A DNA stretch of 64,000 nucleotides from an uncultured Desulfovibrionaceae bacterium (GTDB lineage: Bacteria; Desulfobacterota; Desulfovibrionia; Desulfovibrionales; Desulfovibrionaceae): assembly GCA_964440345.1 (NCBI GenBank), contig CAYTSA010000008.1, positions 1,830 through 65,829 on the forward strand, written 5' to 3'. A program made the position numbers and the translations under genes. The stretch's first letter is position 1. The number at the start of each line of letters is the position of its first letter. The notes under the pieces are model-generated. The model saw nothing but the letters and a program-made list of their open reading frames with translations, did no database searches and was not told the origin of the DNA. This document shows positions 36,192 through 43,867 of the stretch, one piece after another.

Positions 36192-37567
36192 GTTTGTGTC
36201 CTTTTGGATGAATGTGCCTGCGCGCATTCGCGTATGCAGTGAGCGTAGCGCCGCTGGTTCTCTTCCAAAAAACCCAGGTTGCCGTCATGCGCCACCGCTT
36301 GCTGCGGGCAAGCCAGAAAACAATAAAAACAGTCAATGCACTCGCTGCAGGCGGCCCCGCTTTCGCCCACAGGCGGCAGGTCTCGGGCTGGGTCCAGGCC
36401 CGCGGGGCAGTAGTCTTTGCACACGCCGCAGCCGTTGCACGCGTCCCTGTCCACCCGCAACCGGCCCAGGTCTGGCTCCTGTCCCAAAAAAACGTCCTGA
36501 CGCAACTGCAACAGACACAGCAACTTTCCGAACCACCCAGTGTCGCACAGATATTTGAACAACTGGGTGTTGCGTACGGCCAGAAACACTTTTTGCCGGC
36601 CCGGGCTGTGGATGAACGAGGCCAGCGCGTTGGCCCGGGGCGGTTCAAACTGTCTGGCCCAGGCGGCAAGGTCCAGACTGTCCACTTCGGCCATCATGTT
36701 TGAAGTCAGCATTCCCATGCGCGTGGCCAGGGCCAGTGGGCTCACCTGCTCCAGAGAAAAGCCGGCCAGCTTCAAACACAGGTAATCCAGCACAAATGGG
36801 TCCGTCCCGGCGGCGACCAGGTCGAGCGGCACGGGCCGGCCCCGGGTGGGGCCCAATCCCTCCATGGCCGCCAGCCCGTCCACTATGTGCAGATGCGGCT
36901 GCAGCTGCTGGTTCAGTTTCAGTATATTCAGGGCCAGGTTGTCGTGGACCTTTTTTTTGCTCTCCTGGCCGACCAGGCAACCGATGAGATTTTTCAAGCA
37001 CACGGACATGCCGGTTTCCATATGCGTCTTGATCACCGGCAGATTGATCAAACAAGCAGCCTCGGCGGCTTCCCTCGCCACGCTGGCCTGCAGCCCACGG
37101 TCAAACTCCACCAGACTCGTTTCGGAATAGTTCAGATCAATAACCGGAACTCCATAGCGTTGAGCCAGACGCCGAACGCCCAGCAGCGAGATGACGTCTA
37201 TCTTGTGCCGGTAAAAACCGCTGTTGGTTCCTTCGCCAATGGTCACGTTGGCGTAGCCGGCGTCCTTGAGGACGGCTAGCACAGCAGCCAGCAGCCGCAA
37301 ATCTGTGGTGTTGCCGGTCAGAGCCGTCATGTTTGCGTTCAGGTTCGGCTTCAGCAGCACAGGGGCCTGCTTGTCCTGCGGCAATGCACCGGCAAACCGG
37401 GAGCATATTGCTTCCACAGCCTGACAGGCGGAATCCAGAGAGCGGACCTTGCGCAGCAAAAAGCCCGCGCTATCCGGGAAGGGGGGGGCGGCGCCAGAGC
37501 CCCTGGAGCCGGTATTCTGTATGGGCATGATGACGGTAAAGTGACCATGAAGCCGGGAAAAAAGCAA
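36188..37567 (-). CDS. DUF362 domain protein fused to a 2x[4Fe-4S] ferredoxin domain
   Basis: 459 aa. DUF362 blocks LLKPNLN, INLPVIKTHM, VDGLAAMEGLGPTRG. Two cluster motifs near the C-terminus: CNGCGVCKDYCP and CIDCFYCFLACP. Confidence 0.8.
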   Translation of the reverse strand: MLFSRLHGHFTVIMPIQNTGSRGSGAAPPFPDSAGFLLRKVRSLDSACQAVEAICSRFAGALPQDKQAPVLLKPNLNANMTALTGNTTDLRLLAAVLAVLKDAGYANVTIGEGTNSGFYRHKIDVISLLGVRRLAQRYGVPVIDLNYSETSLVEFDRGLQASVAREAAEAACLINLPVIKTHMETGMSVCLKNLIGCLVGQESKKKVHDNLALNILKLNQQLQPHLHIVDGLAAMEGLGPTRGRPVPLDLVAAGTDPFVLDYLCLKLAGFSLEQVSPLALATRMGMLTSNMMAEVDSLDLAAWARQFEPPRANALASFIHSPGRQKVFLAVRNTQLFKYLCDTGWFGKLLCLLQLRQDVFLGQEPDLGRLRVDRDACNGCGVCKDYCPAGLDPARDLPPVGESGAACSECIDCFYCFLACPQQAVAHDGNLGFLEENQRRYAHCIRECAQAHSSKRTQT

Positions 37568-37572
37568 GGACT

Positions 37573-37587
37573 TGGAAATTGACCTGC
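37573..37587 (+). promoter_or_regulatory. Candidate sigma-54 (-24/-12) promoter upstream of the wza-like operon
   Basis: TGGaaattgacCTGC has the canonical GG-to-GC spacing. It lies about 75 nt upstream of ATG 37662. The -12 element is CTGC rather than TTGC. Confidence 0.2.
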
Positions 37588-37661
37588 GCCCGCGCCAGTG
37601 ACAAGCACGCAGAGCCGTGGTATATACGCTGCTACACGCGCTGCATATTCAGGTACGCTCC

Positions 37662-38453
37662 ATGTTCAGGACACATACTTTATTGACGACAATCCTCCGG
37701 CTTATGACGGCGTTATTTCTGGCCGTTGCATTGCTCGCTTGTGCTGTGTCGTGCTCCCGCACTCAATACCCGGCTGTTGACTACGCCGACGCGCCAGCTC
37801 CAGACCAGGGACCACTGGTGCTTGGTCCGGGCGACGAGGTGCGCATCAGCGTATGGCGCCACGACGACATGAGCCACAGCCCTACTCTGGACATGACCGG
37901 CCGTATCTATCTGCCGCTGGTTGGCGAGATCAAAGCCGGCGGCATGACCCCGGACGACCTGCGGGAGCATGTCGCCACGAAACTCTCCGCCTATGTGAAA
38001 AACCCCCATGTCACGGTCAGCGTGTCCAGCGTGAGCAGCATGCGGGTGCACGTGCTGGGGGAAGTGGAAAACCCCGGGACAATAGCCATGAAACGCCGGC
38101 TGACACTGTGGGACGCTTTGGCCAGCGTCGGCGGGTTGAACACTTACGCAAACGAAGAGCGCGTGCTGCTCATCCGCCATGATGCTGAAAAAGCCCAGGT
38201 TATGGCCCTGAGCGCCAGCCTGCCGGATGCACCGGACGGCGACATGCCGTCCACCCGCTTCTGGCTGCAAAACAACGACATCATCTACGTAACCCCAACC
38301 AGATTGGGAGAGGTAGAGCGGTTTATGACTAAGCTCAACGCTTCCATGGCGCCCTTTCTCACCGTCGGTCGCGCCACGCTGCTGTATCCGGACATAAAAT
38401 CCATCATCGAAACTGGTGAGAGGTCTACTGAAGCCAGCATCATTGTTGACTGA
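37662..38453 (+). CDS. Wza-type outer-membrane polysaccharide export lipoprotein (Poly_export + SLBB)
   Basis: 263 aa from ATG 37662. Lipobox LLAC. LGPGDEVRISVW...IYLPLVGEIKAGGMTPDDL matches the polysaccharide-export signature. Confidence 0.85.
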   Translation: MFRTHTLLTTILRLMTALFLAVALLACAVSCSRTQYPAVDYADAPAPDQGPLVLGPGDEVRISVWRHDDMSHSPTLDMTGRIYLPLVGEIKAGGMTPDDLREHVATKLSAYVKNPHVTVSVSSVSSMRVHVLGEVENPGTIAMKRRLTLWDALASVGGLNTYANEERVLLIRHDAEKAQVMALSASLPDAPDGDMPSTRFWLQNNDIIYVTPTRLGEVERFMTKLNASMAPFLTVGRATLLYPDIKSIIETGERSTEASIIVD

Positions 38454-38491
38454 AGTTTGCGCCTTCGCCATGCCTACCGGGAGAACCATCC

Positions 38492-39961
38492 ATGCACGTG
38501 GTGGCGCTGAACGCGCCGTATTTTGACAAATTTTCCCGGCCCCAGCGCAGCCCGGCCGTTACCAAAAGCGGGACCATCTATTTCCCCATCTGGCTGGCCT
38601 TTGCCGTGGCCGTGCTGGAACAAGCCGGCTACGACGTGTCCTTCATCGACGCGCCAGCCAGAGGATATGACCTGGAGGAGACCTTGCGCCAAGTCACAGC
38701 GGTCAAGCCTGGCCTGGTTGTCATGGACACCACCACGCCCAGCGTGGACAACGACGGCGCTGTGGCCCAAGCCATAAAAGAAGCGCTGCCTGACACTGTC
38801 ATCATCTTTGTGGGCGTTCACAGCTCAGCCCTGCCGGAAGACACCTTGCGCCGATGTCCGGCGGTGGACGCAGCAGCCGTGCGCGAATACGAACACACTG
38901 TGCGGGACCTGGCCGCGGCGATTGAAGCCGCGGGGGGACTGCCCGAAACTGGCGTCCTGCGCACGGTCGAGGGGATAGCGTTTCGCCACGCCGACAACAT
39001 CGAACGAACGCCGGACCGGGAATTCATCGAGAACCTGGACGAGCTGCCCTGGGTAAGCCCGGTGTACAAAAAACACTTAGACATCCGCGACTATTTCAAC
39101 CCCAACGCCCGCTACCCCATGGTCACGCTCATCACCAGCCGGGGCTGCCCTTTTCGCTGCAGCTTCTGCGTCTACCCCCAGACCATGAGCGGCCGGCGCT
39201 ACCGGTTCCGATCCATCGCCGACGTTGTGGACGAAATGGCCTGGGTCAAAGAGCAGTTCCCGGAGGCCAAATCCATTTTCTTTGAAGACGACACCCTGAC
39301 CGCGGACAAGAAGCGCTGCCAGGAGTTCAGCCGGGCCGTCATAGACCTCAACCTGGGTCTGAGCTGGACTGCCAATTCGCGCATAGACCTGGACTACGAA
39401 ACCATGGCCCTGATGCGCAAGGCCGGCTGCCGCATGCTCTGCGTGGGCTTTGAAAGCGGCGACCCGGAAGCGCTGAAGGCCATGCGCAAGGGCGTCAAGC
39501 GCGAGCGCATGCTGGAGTTCATGCGCGACGCCCGCAAAGCCGGCGTCCTCATCCACGGCTGTTTCATTTTCGGCTTTCCCGGCGAGACTGCAGAATCCAT
39601 CCGCCGGACCATAGACTTCGCCATGGAGCTGGGTCCAGACACCGTGCAGTTCTATCCCATCATGGTCTACCCCGGCACAGAAGCCTACGACGACTACCTC
39701 CAGCGCGGCTGGGTGACCGTGAACGATTTCAGCCGCTGGCTGACTCCGGACGGGCTGCACAACTGCGTAGTGCGCAACGAGAACCTGACCGGCGAGGAGC
39801 TGGTCCGGCTGTGCGACGAGGCCCGGCGGAAATTCTACCTGCGGCCAGGGTACATGGCTTACAAGCTGCGGCAAGTAATCACCCAGCCCCAAGAATGGAG
39901 CCGCACGGCCAAGGCGGCGCGAACTTTTTTCAAACACCTGATTCTCGGATCCCGGGTATGA
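38492..39961 (+). CDS. Cobalamin-binding-domain radical SAM enzyme (class B-like), second copy
   Basis: 489 aa. B12-type N-domain. Radical SAM motif TSRGCPFRCSFCVYP. C-terminal region typical of this family (FYPIMVYPGTEAY). Confidence 0.8.
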   Translation: MHVVALNAPYFDKFSRPQRSPAVTKSGTIYFPIWLAFAVAVLEQAGYDVSFIDAPARGYDLEETLRQVTAVKPGLVVMDTTTPSVDNDGAVAQAIKEALPDTVIIFVGVHSSALPEDTLRRCPAVDAAAVREYEHTVRDLAAAIEAAGGLPETGVLRTVEGIAFRHADNIERTPDREFIENLDELPWVSPVYKKHLDIRDYFNPNARYPMVTLITSRGCPFRCSFCVYPQTMSGRRYRFRSIADVVDEMAWVKEQFPEAKSIFFEDDTLTADKKRCQEFSRAVIDLNLGLSWTANSRIDLDYETMALMRKAGCRMLCVGFESGDPEALKAMRKGVKRERMLEFMRDARKAGVLIHGCFIFGFPGETAESIRRTIDFAMELGPDTVQFYPIMVYPGTEAYDDYLQRGWVTVNDFSRWLTPDGLHNCVVRNENLTGEELVRLCDEARRKFYLRPGYMAYKLRQVITQPQEWSRTAKAARTFFKHLILGSRV

Positions 39962-40773
39962 ACGCGGCAGAGGGCCGGCTGCAATGCTCCGTTATTGTTC
40001 CGGCGTACAACGCCGCGGCCACGCTGGACTTGTGCCTGCGTTCCCTGACCTGCCAGACCTTTTGTCGTTCGGCGTATGAAATCATTGTCGTGGACGACGG
40101 CTCCGCGGACAACACCGCGGCCATAGCCGAAAACCACGACGTCCGGCTCGTCCAGCAGCCCAATAGGGGCCCGGCTGCAGCCCGCAACCGCGGCGCCCAG
40201 GAAGCCCGGGGCGAGATCATCGTCTTCACGGACGCAGACTGCGAGGCGGAAAAAGATTTTCTGGAAAAACTGCTGGCCCCCTTTGCAGACCCGGGAGTGA
40301 GCGGCGCGCAAGGGGCTTATCTGACCCGGCAAACTTCACTGACCGCCCGTTTCGCCCAGGTGGAGTTTGAGGACCGCTACGCGCTCATGGCCAGGTATGA
40401 CTCCATAGACCTGGCCGCCACCTACGCTGCGGCTTTTCGCCGGGAGCTGTTCCTGGCCATGTCTGGCTTTGACGCGTCCTTTCCCGTGGCTAACAACGAA
40501 GACACCGAGTTCTCCTACCGGCTGTGCAACGCCGGCTGCACACTGGTTTTTGCGCCAGACGCGTACGTCTACCATCAGCACCCGGAGACCCTGCGCCGCT
40601 ACCTGCGCACCAAGTACTGGCGCGCCTACTGGCGCATGGTGGTATACCGCAAATACCCGGAAAAAGCGGTCAGGGACCGCTACACCTCCACGCCAGTCAA
40701 GCTCCAGACCATGTTCATGCTGCTTTTGGCCGCCGACCCTGCTGGCAGCCTTGTTTTTGTGGATAGCCACTGA
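39958..40773 (+). CDS. Glycosyltransferase family 2, probably frameshifted near its 3' end
   Basis: MNAAEGRLQCSVIVPAYN, VVDDGS, DAD (DXD). ATGA overlap with the upstream radical SAM gene. After about codon 258 the expected membrane-anchoring C-terminus continues in the +1 frame (ORF 40469-40963). Confidence 0.75.
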   Translation: MNAAEGRLQCSVIVPAYNAAATLDLCLRSLTCQTFCRSAYEIIVVDDGSADNTAAIAENHDVRLVQQPNRGPAAARNRGAQEARGEIIVFTDADCEAEKDFLEKLLAPFADPGVSGAQGAYLTRQTSLTARFAQVEFEDRYALMARYDSIDLAATYAAAFRRELFLAMSGFDASFPVANNEDTEFSYRLCNAGCTLVFAPDAYVYHQHPETLRRYLRTKYWRAYWRMVVYRKYPEKAVRDRYTSTPVKLQTMFMLLLAADPAGSLVFVDSH

Positions 40774-40928
40774 AGTATCGGGATACGCGCTCATCCGCAG
40801 AGCCTGGAAACAGTCCAAGATGCTGGGCCTGGCTGCGCCGGACATCATCCTGCTGCGCGGGCTCGTCTTTGCCGCCGGCTCGCTGCACGGACTGGCGGCC
40901 TGTGTGCTGGGCATAACCGAGGGCGCTC

Positions 40929-41035
40929 GCGCATTTTCGCGTAGAGACAACGCTCGCTCCTGAAACAATGTATACTTGTTTCAGGAAAATGCATAAGAGC
41001 ATCTAAACATTTCAATGGTAAAATGCTCTAAAATG
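40929..41035 (+). repeat. Repeat family B copy 1 (MITE/REP-like, about 107 bp)
   Basis: Shares gcgcattttcgcg..gagacaacgctcgctcctg...gtttcagg...ctctaaa with 52851-52958 and 56534-56606. 9-bp termini gcgcatttt / aaaatgcgc. Perfect 9-bp hairpin cctgaaaca / tgtttcagg. Confidence 0.8.
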
Positions 41036-41061
41036 CGCCCAGTGACGGCCTTAGGCCAGGC

Positions 41062-42300
41062 TCAATCCACGCAGGAATCCTGCTCTCTGGCTTTTTTGTA
41101 TTCCAGATAGAAATCAAGAATGTGCGGCGGGCAACCCGGTATGAACTTGCCCACACGGCCGTACTGCCGGTAGTCGTGCACCAACTCCGCGGCGCAGTTG
41201 CCAAAGCACCACAGCTGGCCCTCTTTCTGGCGCAGGTTTTGCCGGTCTGGCATGGGCTTGCCCACGTATACGTTTTCCACAGCGCGGTCAGCAAAAAGCC
41301 CTTCAATGTGCAGTTTGTCCAGAGCGTGGCGCAGGGCGGAAAGGCAGCCAAAACAAGCGCCCCCCTCGACAACACGCACCTGGGGATACGCAGCGATGGA
41401 ACTGATGACCGGCCGGCGAAACGGCCGGCGAACCTCTTCTATGCCTGCCCCGCTCACCTGAATCTCACCCTCCGCCATGGCCCCCAGTCCTTCAGCGTGA
41501 GCCATGCGCAGCATGGTCACCTCAAACGGGTCCACAGACATAACCCGGGCCGCTGTCCCGTCCACCGCCAGCACGTCCCTGCCGGCAATGATGGTGTTCA
41601 TATCGTCCACCACCGCCCCGGAAAGCGGCGCCTGCCCCTGCACGGCCATTATACCGTCCAGTATAGTCAGGTCCGGCTTGACCACCCGCAGTATGTCCAC
41701 CAGCTTGATGTTAATGTCATTTCGATGGAAGGACATCCGGTCCTCGTCCAGAATGAGCCCATACTGGTTCTTCACGCCCAGGGTCAGCAGGGTGTGCATG
41801 TGCGTCTTCATCTTGGGCAGGTTGATGTACACGTCTGCGTCTACCAGGCACTTGGGCACGGTGACCGGGTCGTAGAGCACGGCATTGGGATTCTTCAGGG
41901 CAACCCGAGGCTCGCCGTCAAAAAAGCGTATGGTCGCGCCGGCGGCCTCAAGCCGCTCCCGAACCTGTTCGGTCTGGGCCAAAGCCTTTTTCAGGGGCAG
42001 GCCCCAGCCCGGGTTGTCGCCTATCCAGACCTTTTGGGCGCCAGCGTCGCGCAGCAGCTGCACCAGGGCGATAATCACCCGCTCGTCGGTAACGATGGCG
42101 TAAGGGTTGTGCGCGCTGGGCCGTACGTAGTTGGGCTTAATAAGCACGGTCATGCCGCTCACCAGCCGTTGCAGGTCCACAGCCAACGCCACAGCGTCCG
42201 CCATCAGGTTGCGGATGACAGAAAGTGACTTTTCCGAGTATTCGCCGGGTTTTTCCGGCACGCGCCCGGCCTTTAACAGGCCGACGACAGCTTTTTCCAC
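41062..42300 (-). CDS. DUF362 domain protein (no ferredoxin domain; Cys-rich C-terminus)
   Basis: 412 aa. Shares LIKPNYV, INLPKMKTHM and LDGIMAVQGQAPLSG blocks with the protein at 36188-37567. C-terminal cysteines GGACFGC...CFGNC...GCPPH. Confidence 0.8.
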   Translation of the reverse strand: MEKAVVGLLKAGRVPEKPGEYSEKSLSVIRNLMADAVALAVDLQRLVSGMTVLIKPNYVRPSAHNPYAIVTDERVIIALVQLLRDAGAQKVWIGDNPGWGLPLKKALAQTEQVRERLEAAGATIRFFDGEPRVALKNPNAVLYDPVTVPKCLVDADVYINLPKMKTHMHTLLTLGVKNQYGLILDEDRMSFHRNDINIKLVDILRVVKPDLTILDGIMAVQGQAPLSGAVVDDMNTIIAGRDVLAVDGTAARVMSVDPFEVTMLRMAHAEGLGAMAEGEIQVSGAGIEEVRRPFRRPVISSIAAYPQVRVVEGGACFGCLSALRHALDKLHIEGLFADRAVENVYVGKPMPDRQNLRQKEGQLWCFGNCAAELVHDYRQYGRVGKFIPGCPPHILDFYLEYKKAREQDSCVD

Positions 42301-43862
42301 GCTACTTTACCTCCAGGCGTTCTTGGCAACTCGTCAATAATTTCCACAAGACGCGGAGTCCTGTAGCGGTGCAGCCGGCGGCTGCACCATTTGCGGATAT
42401 CCGCCGCCGTCAATTGGCGTCCCTCTTTTGCCACCACAAAGGCTTTGGGAATCTCACCATGCAAGGCGTCGTCGTTTTTTACCACCGCCGCCTCGGCCAC
42501 GTCTGGATGGGCGCGGATCACATTTTCGATTTCTATGGGATAGACCTTTATGCCGCCCACCTTCATCATGCCGGAAATGCGGCACTTAAAGTAAAAAAAT
42601 CCGTCCTCGCCCTGACACATCACATCGCCGGTGTGGAACCAGCCTTGCGCGTCCGTAACCGGAACCAGTTCTCCGTGGCCTGTCAGATAGTTATGGCACA
42701 CGGCCGGTCCGCGGATGAGCAGCTCGCCCACCTGGCCGGGGTCGGCCTCCTGGCCGCTTTCGTTTGTGATAATGGCTTGATAACCCGGGCAGGGCCGGCC
42801 CACCGAGCCCGGCGGCGCCTCCAGATCGCGGGGGTTGTTGTCCTTCATGCGGTTGGTCAAGGCAACGCCGGCTGTTTCTGTGGAGCCCCAGACGGCTTGG
42901 ATGGGCAAGCCGAACCGTTCGGCAAAGGCCTGGCGCAAGGCGGGTGTTACATGCATGCCGCCGCTCTCCGGCGCCCGCAAGCTGGAGAAGTCCCAGCCTG
43001 TTAAGGAAGGCAAACGAACGAGCGTTTCGTATATGGACGCCACCGCCATCAGCGTGGTCACCTTGTGTTCATGCAGAGCCTTGGCGATGGTCTTTGGCCG
43101 CACGCCATCCAGCAACACAGCCGTTCCGCCCAGAAAGATTGGCCGGGCGTAGATTTCATGCGGGTGCACAAAGGCTGGAAACATACACAGGTGAACGTCT
43201 TCTTCCGTGAACCCAAAGGCGCGGACTGCAGCGATGGTGTTGGCGTCCATGTTGGCGTGAGTGGTCACCGCCGCCTTGGGCCTACCAGTGGTGCCGGATG
43301 TGTAGTTCAGGTACGCTGGATCGTCCGGAATGATGGCCGGCATGGCGGCTGGCCGGCTCATATAGGTTTCATGCTCGGCGTAACTGCGGCGGCCTGCGCC
43401 CCCCATTGCCGCGCCCAGGAAAAAGGTGGCGGCCGGTTCCGGCGCGTCCTGGGCGTTTTGCAGCATGCCGGCCAGTTCGGCGGCGACAAACAAGGCCCGT
43501 GGCTGTGCCTGTTCCAGCACACTGTGCAGCGTTTCCCGCGGCATGTTGCAATCCAGGGGAAAAAACACTCCGCCGCACTCCATTATGGCCAGGTGGCAGA
43601 GCATGGCTTCAGGCGTTTTGGGCCCCAGGCAGCCCACCTTATCGCCCTTGCGCACCCCGGCGTCAGCCAGCATGGCGGCCAGGGCGGACGTACGCTCCTG
43701 CACCTCCTGGTACGATATGCGCACATCGTCATAGATAAAGGCTGCTTTGCCGGGAAAAACGTCCGCGCTGCGCCGCAGCCGTTCGCGAAACGTGCGAAAG
43801 TCTCCTGGAGCGGCATGCGCTGGCTCCGCCGCTATGTTGGTCTTGCCGGTAAAAGCGTACAT
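42273..43862 (-). CDS. AMP-dependent synthetase/ligase (acyl/aryl-CoA ligase superfamily)
   Basis: 529 aa. Core motifs YTSGTTGRPKA, GWFHTGD and PRTPGGKV. 28-nt overlap with the downstream DUF362 gene. Confidence 0.85.
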   Translation of the reverse strand: MYAFTGKTNIAAEPAHAAPGDFRTFRERLRRSADVFPGKAAFIYDDVRISYQEVQERTSALAAMLADAGVRKGDKVGCLGPKTPEAMLCHLAIMECGGVFFPLDCNMPRETLHSVLEQAQPRALFVAAELAGMLQNAQDAPEPAATFFLGAAMGGAGRRSYAEHETYMSRPAAMPAIIPDDPAYLNYTSGTTGRPKAAVTTHANMDANTIAAVRAFGFTEEDVHLCMFPAFVHPHEIYARPIFLGGTAVLLDGVRPKTIAKALHEHKVTTLMAVASIYETLVRLPSLTGWDFSSLRAPESGGMHVTPALRQAFAERFGLPIQAVWGSTETAGVALTNRMKDNNPRDLEAPPGSVGRPCPGYQAIITNESGQEADPGQVGELLIRGPAVCHNYLTGHGELVPVTDAQGWFHTGDVMCQGEDGFFYFKCRISGMMKVGGIKVYPIEIENVIRAHPDVAEAAVVKNDDALHGEIPKAFVVAKEGRQLTAADIRKWCSRRLHRYRTPRLVEIIDELPRTPGGKVAWKKLSSAC

Positions 43863-43867
43863 GGGAT

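Noticed and set aside
40336-40968. 210-aa minus-strand ORF starting MFQERALSLREN, and the analogous MLQERALSQREN start of ORF 54586-56574
   Set aside because: Both N-termini are encoded by copies of repeat family B, so their similarity is a repeat artefact. The first ORF is antisense to the GT2 gene. For the second, the true start is ATG 56520, which has a GAGGA Shine-Dalgarno sequence.
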